Shown here piece by piece: positions 50,544 to 60,367 of a stretch of DNA of 64,000 nucleotides. The notes below the pieces were generated by a model. That model saw only the letters and a program-made list of their open reading frames with translations, did no database searches and was not told the origin of the DNA. The position numbers were made by a program, and so were the translations under genes. Within the stretch, counting starts at the first letter, position 1, and every line of letters begins with the position of its first letter. The stretch covers positions 832,001 through 896,000 of the forward strand of contig CAXXGO010000001.1 of NCBI GenBank assembly GCA_963666835.2. Reading direction: 5' to 3'. Origin of the DNA: Phycisphaerae bacterium (GTDB lineage Bacteria > Planctomycetota > Phycisphaerae > UBA1845).

Positions 50544-50892
50544 GCGAACCCCCCTGATCCATGACTGAGCGTGATTCGCTCTGTTCAGCATCTTGCCCAC
50601 CATCTGTACCGAATATCGCTGACCACCGCCAACTACGACCACGCAGCCGTCTCGTGATTCTATCTGCCACTTGGCTTACCGGCATCTTATCGCGCGGCTG
50701 TCTCCGGCGCAAGGCGCGCGGTGACCTCGACCTGCTGCCAATCAGGACGCCTCAGTCAAACCTCCGCCGCGCAATCGCGCAACACCCTGGATAGCGTTTT
50801 CGGGAGGCACAGGTGGCCCCCAGGTGCCAGCCAGGGATTTGCCCTTGAGCCGCTGAGCGATCTCGGCGGCGCAGACAGGTAGAGGCAAGACG

Positions 50893-51507
50893 ATGAAACA
50901 CAAGCCGATTCAACATACGAAGCTGCGATGCAAATGCGGTGCGAATCTACGGATCACGGGCGCTCCGACTGGCAGGACGGTGACATGCCCAGTGTGCGAC
51001 CGTACGCTGCGTGCGGCGACCTCCGAGGAAGCGCAAGGCAACATGTTCCACTCGGCCCTTCAAGAGCTCGCTCTTCAGGAGAATACGCGCCCGCGCCTGG
51101 AGGTAGATGGGAGCGTGGCTTCCCTTGGAGCCAATGGGTTCGGGCCGGGGACTTCTCAAAGGACTTCAACCTCGGATCGTTGGTTCGAGGGCACATGCTC
51201 GAAATGCGCGCGGAGGACAGCGGTGAGAGAGTTCCCGCGCGTGGGCCTTCTGTGTTCGGATTGTTCTCAGCAACGGCAGTCAAGCAGGGTCGACGTTCAC
51301 AGATGGCGTCCTTCCGGGGTAAGGTCCGAAGATCAAGCGAACGCTCCCGTTCAACTGCCACGCTCCGTCGCAGTCATCGCAACGATGGCCGGCGCTACAT
51401 GTTCGTTGCTGGCTTTCACGCCTCTGAAGTTGGGGCCTGTGCTGATGATTGCCGCAGGCTACGCACTCTTCACATGCCGTCCGCGAGGCAGGAGAAACGA
51501 TAAGTAG
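50893..51507 (+). CDS. Hypothetical zinc-ribbon protein with C-terminal TMs
   Basis: CKCG..L...GRTVTCPVC, a second CxxC...CxxC pair, two hydrophobic segments. GAGG RBS. Confidence 0.6.
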   Translation: MKHKPIQHTKLRCKCGANLRITGAPTGRTVTCPVCDRTLRAATSEEAQGNMFHSALQELALQENTRPRLEVDGSVASLGANGFGPGTSQRTSTSDRWFEGTCSKCARRTAVREFPRVGLLCSDCSQQRQSSRVDVHRWRPSGVRSEDQANAPVQLPRSVAVIATMAGATCSLLAFTPLKLGPVLMIAAGYALFTCRPRGRRNDK

Positions 51508-51741
51508 CACGGTGTGAGGCCGCAACCAGCAGCAACAACCGGCGGCATCAATGGGCAGGGAAGTGCTTGAACCAGTGTTCCTGCAACGTACAAGAAGCCC
51601 GAGCACGGTGTCGGCTCGAGCATCGGCCCAGTTTCGGATCCATCGGATGGTACACTATTCCGGTGCACGAGGAGTTTGCAGCGTTTGCACCCTCAGCCCA
51701 CCGAGTTAGGTTCGATTGTCGAGTACCACTCAACGTGGTCA

Positions 51742-51790
51742 TGTTGGGGGCGCCTTCATGCTATGAACCGCATGCAAGGCGCCCCCAACA
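51742..51790. repeat. Strong hairpin (15-bp perfect inverted repeat)
   Basis: TGTTGGGGGCGCCTT / AAGGCGCCCCCAACA with inner CATGC/GCATG. Confidence 0.6.
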
Positions 51791-52071
51791 ACAGCTCTTG
51801 CCCTGATTGTTGCAGTCGCGTATGGACTTAGGCGTCCCTTGCGCTGATGCACTCCGACCGCCGTTTGCGAGGATGATACTTTGGAGGTTGTTGTGCGCGT
51901 TCTCTTGATGTCTGACACTCATTATCCGGATGGGGCCGGACTCTCCTCATTACAGGCAGCCGTGCGGCAGCATAACCCTGATGTTATGTAAGCGTCCGGC
52001 GAACCCCGTCGGTCAGGACTGCGGACCGGGCGCAGCAGTTGCTCGACAGTTGGCGATGTTGTTGCACAGGA

Positions 52072-53724
52072 TCAGTTAGTGGTGGCGGGTTTCCAGCGGT
52101 CGGGGAGTAGCCCGGGTAGTTCGTTGATCGGCATGGCCGCGATGCGGGTGAGCACATCGCGGAGATAGGTCATCGGCTCGACCCGGTGACGCTCACAGGT
52201 GGCGATCATGCTGAACAACGTTGCAGCGGTGCGGCCGCCATTGTCCGAGCCGACAAAAAGCCAGTTTTTGCGTCCCACGGCCACCCGACGCAGGGCGTTC
52301 TCGCTGGCGTTGTTGTCGATGGCCAGGCGACCGTCCGTGGTGTACACGCACAACGCGTCCCACTGGTTGAGCGCGTACTGAATCGCCTGGCCCATCGGGC
52401 TCTTGGGCAACAACGTACCACCACGCTCGGCCTGCTGTGATTGCAGCCACCCCCGGAGCTGCGCGAGCCGAGGCACAGCGTGCTTCTGACGCAGACGAAA
52501 ACGATTCTCGGCCAGCAACTCGTGCAGACGCCGATCGGATGCCCCGTTGACGAGTGCCGGCTTCGCCGCCTGCTTGGTTTCCTTCTTCGCCTGAGTCTCG
52601 ACGTCGTACAGTAGCCGAATGTGCGCCAGAGCTTGAGCACTGGTTGCCGGGTCACTCTTTTGCGCATCGTAAAACTTCCGCCGCGCATGCGCCCAGCACG
52701 CCACCTCCGTCACGCGACCGCCGGCCTCGCCCGCGTAGATGCCGTCATACCCGCCGAACGCGTCGGCCTGCAGATACACCCGTTCGTCTTTGCCCCAATC
52801 GCGCAGGAACGCCATTGGCCCGTCGCGACTGCGGCTCGGGGTGTACGCGAATACGGTGTACGAATGATCGGGATCCCCCAGGTAAACCCAGAACCGCCCG
52901 GTCCGCGTCTGCGTGCGGCCGCGATCCTGCACCTTCACCGGCGTGTCGTCCGTGTGGATGACCTTCGAGGACCGCACTTCGTCGACCATCAGGTCGTACA
53001 ACGGCCTCAGCAGCCCCGCACATTGCGCCGCCCAGTCGCACATCGTCGAACGGGAGATCTCGATCCCGTGTCGCTGCAGGATTCGCTCCAGCCGGTGCAT
53101 CGGCAGATGATCGCCATACTTACTGACGATGATATAGCTCAGCAGTCCGGGGGCGGCCAAACCCTTCTCGATCGGCTGCAGCGGCTTGTTCGCAGTCACG
53201 ATCTGCGGGCCGTCAGGCGAGGCGTCCTTCTCGCACTGCGGGCAGCCGTACGTCAGACGAATGTGCTCGATCACCTTCACCTTCGCCGGGATGTAGTCGA
53301 GTTGTTCGTGCGTTTCCTTGCCGATGATGTGCCGAAGCTTTCCGCAGCACGGACAGGGCTTCTCTTCTTCCGGCAAATCGTGAATGACCTTCTCGCGCGG
53401 TAGGTTCGACGGCAGACGGCGACGGCCATGACCTTTACTCCGATGCGTCGGCGCCGCCGACGTATCGCCATCATCATCCGCCGGCATCTCGGGGATAGCC
53501 TTGTCGATCAGATTCTCGAACAGCAGCATCTGTCTCGGATCCATCTTCTCCGATGACCGACCAAAGTGGCGACGCAGTAACGCCTGCACCTGATGCTGCA
53601 GATCATCGATCTTGCGGTCCTTGAGTTTCAGCTGTTCGAGGTATTCGTCTCGCTCGGATCGAAGCAGTTCGACTTCGCGTTGAAGCTGGGCGACTTGCGA
53701 CGTGTTAGGATCATCCGTGATCAT
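52072..53724 (-). CDS. tnpC: IS66 transposase TnpC
   Basis: FGRSSEK, CPCCG, HTDDTPV, CWAHARRKF, IDNNASENALR, GRKNWLF. Confidence 0.95.
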   Translation of the reverse strand: MITDDPNTSQVAQLQREVELLRSERDEYLEQLKLKDRKIDDLQHQVQALLRRHFGRSSEKMDPRQMLLFENLIDKAIPEMPADDDGDTSAAPTHRSKGHGRRRLPSNLPREKVIHDLPEEEKPCPCCGKLRHIIGKETHEQLDYIPAKVKVIEHIRLTYGCPQCEKDASPDGPQIVTANKPLQPIEKGLAAPGLLSYIIVSKYGDHLPMHRLERILQRHGIEISRSTMCDWAAQCAGLLRPLYDLMVDEVRSSKVIHTDDTPVKVQDRGRTQTRTGRFWVYLGDPDHSYTVFAYTPSRSRDGPMAFLRDWGKDERVYLQADAFGGYDGIYAGEAGGRVTEVACWAHARRKFYDAQKSDPATSAQALAHIRLLYDVETQAKKETKQAAKPALVNGASDRRLHELLAENRFRLRQKHAVPRLAQLRGWLQSQQAERGGTLLPKSPMGQAIQYALNQWDALCVYTTDGRLAIDNNASENALRRVAVGRKNWLFVGSDNGGRTAATLFSMIATCERHRVEPMTYLRDVLTRIAAMPINELPGLLPDRWKPATTN

Positions 53725-53786
53725 GCCAAAATGACAAGCATGTGGCATGCCAGAATGAAGCCCATGCCCGACTCCCTGGTGATGAA

Positions 53787-54164
53787 TCACGCCGGGCGGC
53801 GGAATCGTTTGCGGCGCTTGATGCTTCGCAGGTCGATCCCTTCCAGCAGCATCGCCAACTCGCTCGCCTTCAGTTCGATGCTCGTCGTATCGGGTTTGGC
53901 CACCGGCATCCGAAAGGTCCCCTTCTCCAGCCGCTTGTACCACAGTGCGTAACCGTCGCGATCCCAATAAAGGATCTTCAGCCGGTCACGGCGCCGCCCG
54001 ACGAACAGGAACAGGTGCCCGCTCAAGGGATCGTAACCCAGACCGTCCCGTACCAACACCGCCAGTGTGTCGAATCCCTTACGCAGATCGGTCCGCGACG
54101 TGCACAGGTAGACCCGAACACGCAGCCCCTGGTCAAGATCACCCAGGCTCGGCAACCTCAGCAT
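53787..54164 (-). CDS. tnpB: IS66 accessory protein TnpB
   Basis: DLRKGFD.L, LFLF, KILYWD.DG..LW.KRLE.G.F. Confidence 0.95.
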   Translation of the reverse strand: MLRLPSLGDLDQGLRVRVYLCTSRTDLRKGFDTLAVLVRDGLGYDPLSGHLFLFVGRRRDRLKILYWDRDGYALWYKRLEKGTFRMPVAKPDTTSIELKASELAMLLEGIDLRSIKRRKRFRRPA

Positions 54165-54523
54165 GCCCGATGCTCCAAGACGTCCAGCACTTGCGTCAGC
54201 ATTTCACGATTCACCGTTCCCATGACTCGAACGCGCCGGCCATCCGTTAGCTCAATCTCGATCTGCCCAGCGCCGTCCCGCGCCGGATCATCAGCCAGGT
54301 GCACCGGCACGAACGAGCTGGCCTGCGCCTCCGCGTCGCGCCGAGCCAGTTGCCGCCGCCACCAGTGGAACGCGGCCTCCTTCACCCGATGCCGGCGACA
54401 CCACGCCCGGATGGACTGCCCACTGTCGGCATGCTCAGCCAGCCGCCGACGCCACGCCGATTCCTTGGTCAGATCCCGTGCTCTGCTCCTGGCCATGCGC
54501 CATACCTCCTCTCGGGTAGGCAT
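54158..54523 (-). CDS. tnpA: IS66 accessory protein TnpA
   Basis: SGQSIRAWC, FHWWRR, FVPV, IEIEL. Confidence 0.9.
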   Translation of the reverse strand: MPTREEVWRMARSRARDLTKESAWRRRLAEHADSGQSIRAWCRRHRVKEAAFHWWRRQLARRDAEAQASSFVPVHLADDPARDGAGQIEIELTDGRRVRVMGTVNREMLTQVLDVLEHRAC

Positions 54524-55007
54524 GGTGCCTCAAACGGACGTCAGATTGAAGATGGGGTCCGCCGGACGCTTACGATGTTATCGTAATATGCGAGTGAAGT
54601 GCTCGACACCTATGACGAAACCCGGCTACGCGAATACGTTGATCGGATATCTAACAGTTGCTGCTGGTGCCACACTGATAATCACTCCAGGCGTGCAGCT
54701 TTCGACTGTCAGTTACTACCATGCGGTGAGCAGTTTCGGTCGACTGGACGCGTTAGGCGTGACCTTTTATAATGAATTCGCCCGATCAGGTCAGGAACCC
54801 ATGACCGAGATCAGACTGGATTTTCTCACAAAGAATGGCACTGAAAAGGGGTAAGCTCCACAGACGTCTGCGGAGTAACGTAACGAGTGGTATGAAACCG
54901 GTGGTAAGGCCACGCCCAAGTGTCAGCGGGCGGGCAAAACCGGCCAGCCCTGACGCCCGTGCTGCACGAGACAACTCCAAGCGCTGAAGATCGACGACGC
55001 GGGAACT

Positions 55008-58000
55008 TCAATAGTCTAGCAGTAGTGTCCCTGGCCGCCTCGGTGTCTCACCTGCCGTAGAAAGCCGCAATCGCCCGTCCATCGTTAGCCAAGCAGCTCG
55101 AGGAAGGCGAGGGTCACCCTCGACCGTTGTTTCCGCCGTCGAAAAATCGTAGCTTTGCCACTCGGGTTGTCCAGCTAAACGATATCGCAATTCGACAAAC
55201 TCCATCTGCCGCCGCTTGAACGCTTCCGGGCCACCAATCGCTTCGAGAAAGGAATTCACGAGCGTGCCGTGCTGTATTTCGTACCGATCGATAGCCCCAA
55301 AGCAGTGCGATGCGTCCGCCTCGTCGGCATGTTCCGTGACACACATAGTGAATCGCGTCCGCAATTCACCAAGTGAGTCAGTGATTTCATCCAGCGAAAG
55401 CGTGAATGTGTACTCTGTCTCTGGGGTCCATCGGAGCTCGTCATTGCGGATGCTTGCGTAGTTCTGATCGCGTTTGTCTGGCTTGCGCTTGAAACCATAG
55501 AAGCCGTCATTCACGCCAATCCCGTTGAAGCAGTTCCTATGCTCCTCGCCAAAGCCAGAGTTGTTCCATACTGAGAAGATGTGTCGGTATCGGGACGGGT
55601 CGGCTTCATAAGGGCGGAACTGAAGTCCTGCATATCCCTCATTGAACCGCATGGCACAATAATAGGTGTGGGCGAGCTCAAGCACCCTAATACGCATGCT
55701 GGTCTCTGCGAAGTGTTCATTCCCACTCAGATGGACGAATCGACCGTGGAGGGCGCGCCGAGCCCGCCCATCATAAGTGAACACTGGATACGAGATTGTT
55801 CGTGGCACACTCTCAGAGGACACAACATAGTAAATCCTGCACAGCGCCTGTTGTTCAAGCGTCAGGTCCGGCTGATAGCTGAGGTTTCTTGGCGGCGATA
55901 GCACAAGGAGACCCCTCTCGCCAGGAGCGAGCCTGCTCGGGCCGACAGCAGGTATCGAGTAGGTGTTTTCGTCAGTCTCAAGCTCCGCCCACCATTCCAC
56001 AATCTCGATCGTGGGTGACAAATCGTATGCTTGGTAAGCCAGCTCCTGCACGTTGCCGACGCCAATGTACATGTTGCGGCATAGGCCACGTGCGGCCACG
56101 GGTGGACGTGGCAAAGAGCAGTCTTCGTTCGAACGGCGCGTGATCGACTCAGCAAGCCAGCCGCCATCCTCGTCATCTACATACTCGATAGCAACCGATT
56201 CGCCGAGATTTTCAGGGGCAACATTATAGGAGATCAGGTGTTCGCAGCGATGCGCGGCTAGGTAACGAGGTTGGCTGTCCAGGATCGTGTAGGACCGCTG
56301 CTGGCCGTCTAAGGACGCAAGGATTTGCTGAAAGGGCTGGCCATGGACGCGCGCAGCAGGTGAGAACAAGCTGGTCAAAGTCTGTACGTCTGAATCGCCG
56401 GCAGCCTGCAGGAGTACGTTGGTTACGTGCGGTACCGTACCTGGGTCTGGTGATGTAGCAGCTTGGGCCACGTGGATGGTGATTACCTCTTCGTCTTCCA
56501 GAGCCGGATTCCCGTCATCGCTGACAGTGAAACGTACGTCCACGTGCTCGCCATACTGGCCAGGTCGAGGCGTCCAGCTGAATGTTTGGTTGATAGGGTC
56601 GAAGTTCGCTCCTTTGGGGAGATTGGAGGCGCGGTATGTAAGGATGGTGTTATGGTCAGGATCAACAGCGGATACGGCAAATGAGAGGAGTTCGCCCTCG
56701 GTTACCGTCGCATCGTCGATGCGCGTCATGGCTGGTGCGAGATTGCATTCTCCGTGCCAGCCGCATGCGGGCCCCGGGCACGCGCCGGGGCCACTCAGGC
56801 AGTACGTGGACGTTATGTAGTCGTTGATGTCAACATCAAGATCGCCATCGAGATCATGCGAGAGACAGGCCGCGTTCGAACAGAGGGTCGTGCCCGATGC
56901 GAAGCACCGTTGGAAATCCGCGAAATCGTGAAGATCGACATCGCCATCGTTATCCACGTCGTTACGGTGGGGCGGGGGCCGGATCACGCGAGCAAGCAAG
57001 TAGCCTTCATGAAAGTAGATGTCTGTTGTACTGATCGCCAACTGCAAGGGGGCGCCAGAGCCAGTGTAGTAATACACATACCTATGTTGGGACGCATCCT
57101 CTACGTGCGCGTCAACGACAGCCCCATCCAGCAAGAGCGCGTTGTAACGAGTCACCCAGTGACCGGCAGTATTCTGACGGTACTGGGAATCAGCTAGCCC
57201 GCCGTCGTTTCCTGAGTCGTAACGGTAGATTCCTGAGACCTCGATAGTGTACAACTCACCGTCGGCCAACGTGTGTGCTGTGAAGACCGGCGTGCCGTCG
57301 GCGGGGACGTATGCTAGCTCCCACTTCCCCCTTGACAACTCACACTCATCGGGGATCCCATTGACATCCCTGTCCACACTGTCACCCATACCAATATCGA
57401 TTGCATCGGGAACGCTGTTGAGGTTGCAGTCTTGACACTCGTCCGGCACCCCGTCGCTGTTGATGTCCGGTGCGCCAAGGTTGGCAATGTCGCACAAGTC
57501 GGGGACACCGTTTGAATTGCAGTCCGCCGCTGAGTCGGATGCGGTCTCACATTCGTCTGGAACGCCGTTCAACTGACAGTCTTCGCTTGTATGTTGGTCG
57601 ATCTCGCACGCGTCGGGAACATCGTTTGCTTGGCAATCAGCAGCGCCGCCAAGGAGGTCACAGGCATCGAGAATACCGTTCCCATCACAGTCATTGTCAA
57701 AGTAGGCGTGAACTTGTACGGCGTCCACCAGCCATCCGGTCTCGTAGTTCACAAGCTCGTCGACCGAGTCAAAATGCCAGCTGATGACGATTGTCTCTCC
57801 GATGAACGATGACAGATCCACGACGCGCATGCCCCAGGTTGCGCTGTCATCGTCCCGGCTGACGTCGTCCACGAGGTGGCCGTTGACCTCGACCCAGGCC
57901 CAATCGTATCCATCCCCGGAGCCTGCCATGCAGGCCTCCCCCTCGTATGCCGAGCAGTAACGCAATTCCACGGTTGTCGCGTATGACGGGATTTCGAAGG

Positions 58001-58418
58001 AGGCGCTGGCAAGCGTACCGCGGATCGAAGACGGAGCGTCAAAATCGCAGGTTGCATCTTGGCCATAATACGCCCATCGAAGGGAATCACACTCCTCGGG
58101 AGGGCCACACGAATCCGTTGTGTGCCACATACCCGTGGCCGACCATCCCTCTGAGGGAAACGTTCCTTCGAAGTCCTCGTACAACAAAACCGCATCGCCC
58201 GCAATCTGGCAATCGTCTGGCACGCCATCGTTGTTGCAGTCGGACACGGTTCCGCATCCAGGGAAATCACACGAGCCGCCGGATGGGCCGCAATCAATGT
58301 CACACTCGTCAGGAACGCCATTATTGTTGCAGTCTTGCCCATGTAGCGGAGCTGGCTCGGCTAGAAAGATCCCACTGATCACGGCTATCGTGAGCACTAT
58401 TCTGCGATGATTGGCCAT
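55008..58418 (-). CDS. Large secreted Cys-rich protein (DCNxNGxPDEC repeats, jelly-roll domain, dockerin-like motif, Ig domain)
   Basis: Signal peptide, many DCN.NGVPD.C repeats, DVDNDGDVDLHDFADFQRC, NLP.GA.F.....FSWTP Ig-like domain. Confidence 0.85.
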   Translation of the reverse strand: MANHRRIVLTIAVISGIFLAEPAPLHGQDCNNNGVPDECDIDCGPSGGSCDFPGCGTVSDCNNDGVPDDCQIAGDAVLLYEDFEGTFPSEGWSATGMWHTTDSCGPPEECDSLRWAYYGQDATCDFDAPSSIRGTLASASFEIPSYATTVELRYCSAYEGEACMAGSGDGYDWAWVEVNGHLVDDVSRDDDSATWGMRVVDLSSFIGETIVISWHFDSVDELVNYETGWLVDAVQVHAYFDNDCDGNGILDACDLLGGAADCQANDVPDACEIDQHTSEDCQLNGVPDECETASDSAADCNSNGVPDLCDIANLGAPDINSDGVPDECQDCNLNSVPDAIDIGMGDSVDRDVNGIPDECELSRGKWELAYVPADGTPVFTAHTLADGELYTIEVSGIYRYDSGNDGGLADSQYRQNTAGHWVTRYNALLLDGAVVDAHVEDASQHRYVYYYTGSGAPLQLAISTTDIYFHEGYLLARVIRPPPHRNDVDNDGDVDLHDFADFQRCFASGTTLCSNAACLSHDLDGDLDVDINDYITSTYCLSGPGACPGPACGWHGECNLAPAMTRIDDATVTEGELLSFAVSAVDPDHNTILTYRASNLPKGANFDPINQTFSWTPRPGQYGEHVDVRFTVSDDGNPALEDEEVITIHVAQAATSPDPGTVPHVTNVLLQAAGDSDVQTLTSLFSPAARVHGQPFQQILASLDGQQRSYTILDSQPRYLAAHRCEHLISYNVAPENLGESVAIEYVDDEDGGWLAESITRRSNEDCSLPRPPVAARGLCRNMYIGVGNVQELAYQAYDLSPTIEIVEWWAELETDENTYSIPAVGPSRLAPGERGLLVLSPPRNLSYQPDLTLEQQALCRIYYVVSSESVPRTISYPVFTYDGRARRALHGRFVHLSGNEHFAETSMRIRVLELAHTYYCAMRFNEGYAGLQFRPYEADPSRYRHIFSVWNNSGFGEEHRNCFNGIGVNDGFYGFKRKPDKRDQNYASIRNDELRWTPETEYTFTLSLDEITDSLGELRTRFTMCVTEHADEADASHCFGAIDRYEIQHGTLVNSFLEAIGGPEAFKRRQMEFVELRYRLAGQPEWQSYDFSTAETTVEGDPRLPRAAWLTMDGRLRLSTAGETPRRPGTLLLDY

Positions 58419-58648
58419 TCCCGTTCCTCCTGGGCTGGCTTTGGCTTGCGATCGCCAGAGTCAAAGCTTGGCCTGGTCGCTGCACGGGGGTTCGCCCTTG
58501 CCGGGGCATAATACCGTCTACCAACCACGTTATCCTCCTGGCCGACATTTCCCAAATACCACACAACAGGGAGCCATCATACTCGAAACCGGCTCCCCGA
58601 TTCAAGCCATAACGGACGCCCTCGTCCTGAATCGTGCTCATCGCGTCG

Positions 58649-59972
58649 TGTCCTTCCTGAGAATCCCATCCAGGCAGCAACGACCCTGCCCAGTGGTGGA
58701 TTGGCGAGGAGACCGACCCCCAAGAACGACAGTTGCGACGCGTTCGCGGAGTGCCTGGGTGAGTATGGCGCCGGAATCTGAGGGGAAGCACGTACATCAA
58801 CCCTGGACGTCTGGTGGCAACCGACGGGCACCAACCTTCAGGCGGCCCGGCGATACCGATGATGCAAGCCGCCGACCTGCGGAACTGCGATCACCTTGCC
58901 GCATTCAGGCGCCTCAATCTCGCGGGGAATGGGCGAGTTGCGGCTCAGCGACAGATGTGCGCGAGCCTCGTGATAATACTCAAGGTAAGAAGAGAGGATG
59001 CGCCGGAGATGCCGCTCGTTGAGAACGATGACATGATTGAGGCACTCTCGGCGGACACTGCCGTGCAGCCTCTCCACGTATGGATTCTGCCATGGAGATC
59101 GTGGGGCCGTTACGACTTCTTCGATACCCATGTTCTCGATCCGCCGGCGGAAGAAGTCTCCGTAAATCGAGTCACGATCGCGAAGCAAAAAACGAGGCGA
59201 TTCGTCGAACGGAAACGCTTGGACAATCTGTTGTGCTGTCCACTGCGCTGTCGGATGAGCGGTGACGTTGAAATGCGCGACACGTCGCCGATCATGGCGG
59301 AGGACGACAAAGGCGAAGAGTATTCGAAACGTCGCTGTCGGTACCGTGAAGAAATCGATGGCGACGATGTCTCGAACATGATTATCGAGAAAGGTCCGCC
59401 ATGTTTGCGACGGGGGCTTGGGATGCCAAACTCTGTAGAGGTCGATGGTCGACTCGGCTACGTCGTGTCCAAGTAGCGCCAGCTCGGATTTGATACGCGG
59501 CGTCCCCCAAAGGACGTTCTCGCGGGACATACGCCGGATCAGCTTGCGGATCTCGGCATCGATCCTTGGACGACCGGCTTTCCGCGATCGCGACTTCCAT
59601 CGCCAGTAGAGCTTGAAACCCTGCTTGTGCCAGCGAATGACGGTTTCTGGTTGGACGATCAGCAGCGTGGAGCGCCAATTCGACCATAGGCGGGATAGCC
59701 ATACCCAGAAGATCCGGTCTCGCTTCCGGAGCCGCGGGCGTTTCGCCTTCAGCTCAAGCGCTGCGAGTTGCTGCCGGAGGGCGAGGTTCTCGGCGGCGAG
59801 CTCAGCTCGATCACTCATCACCCCGCGAATGAACAACAACATGATGCGAATCAGACCCATTTCACAGGCTCCGGCTGCCGAACATAACGACAGATGAGCA
59901 TACCTGAGACACCGAGGCCGTCAAATCGTAAGTCCTTTGTCCACAAGGCGTACGGAATATTCGGGATGGACA
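58649..59972 (-). mobile_element. 1324-bp rve IS-like element, copy 2
   Basis: Offset 22555 from copy 1; about 5 substitutions seen; same TIRs. Confidence 0.9.
58838..59860 (-). CDS. Integrase core domain (rve) transposase
   Basis: Identical to 36283-37305 except A/T and G/E substitutions. Confidence 0.92.
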   Translation of the reverse strand: MGLIRIMLLFIRGVMSDRAELAAENLALRQQLAALELKAKRPRLRKRDRIFWVWLSRLWSNWRSTLLIVQPETVIRWHKQGFKLYWRWKSRSRKAGRPRIDAEIRKLIRRMSRENVLWGTPRIKSELALLGHDVAESTIDLYRVWHPKPPSQTWRTFLDNHVRDIVAIDFFTVPTATFRILFAFVVLRHDRRRVAHFNVTAHPTAQWTAQQIVQAFPFDESPRFLLRDRDSIYGDFFRRRIENMGIEEVVTAPRSPWQNPYVERLHGSVRRECLNHVIVLNERHLRRILSSYLEYYHEARAHLSLSRNSPIPREIEAPECGKVIAVPQVGGLHHRYRRAA

Positions 59973-60367
59973 GGGGTTTTCAGGACCCACAGGAGAGAAT
60001 CTGCGTCCCGGAACGTACGGTTGACGGATCGTGCGTCAAGCCGTAAGTCGTTTGGTGACAACATGTACGGAATAAACAGGAACGACAGCCATCAGAAAAG
60101 ACCTTTGCAAGCGGACGGACAACGACGAACCGGTTCACAGCTTCCGGACACTGCTCGAGGACTTGGGTACACTCGCAAAGAACCGCGTTCGCGTACGCGG
60201 TTCGTCAGAGGAGTTCTACGTGCTGACCCAACCCACTGCTCTGCAATCCCGCGCACTGGGCCTCCTCGACGTTCCCCACACACCGTAGCCAGAAAACGCG
60301 CAGCCGAACCTCGGCTTATTCACGTAACCACAAGGACTTACCGAAACCCCCGAACGAAAAGTCCGGG

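Larger units (their letters stand above)
51988..54573 (-). mobile_element. IS66 family insertion sequence (2586 bp)
   Basis: TIRs GTAAGCGTCCGGCGAACCCC / GGGGTCCGCCGGACGCTTAC; 8-bp TSD GATGTTAT (51980-51987, 54574-54581); tnpA/tnpB/tnpC present. Confidence 0.97.
51893..54597 (+). pseudogene. Metallophosphoesterase remnant interrupted by IS66
   Basis: GGAGG + GTG 51893. Removing IS66 and one TSD gives MRVLLMSDTHYPDG...HNPDVIVICE*, with the DxH motif and PD.IVI preceding the expected GD. Confidence 0.6.

Noticed and set aside
51970..51990. GCATAAC...GTTAT as an integron attC site
   Set aside because: Too short, explained by the phosphoesterase frame plus the IS66 TSD, and no integron integrase is present.
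53742..54854. 370-aa plus-strand ORF
   Set aside because: Mostly antisense to IS66 tnpA/tnpB and runs across the IS end; a chimeric artefact.
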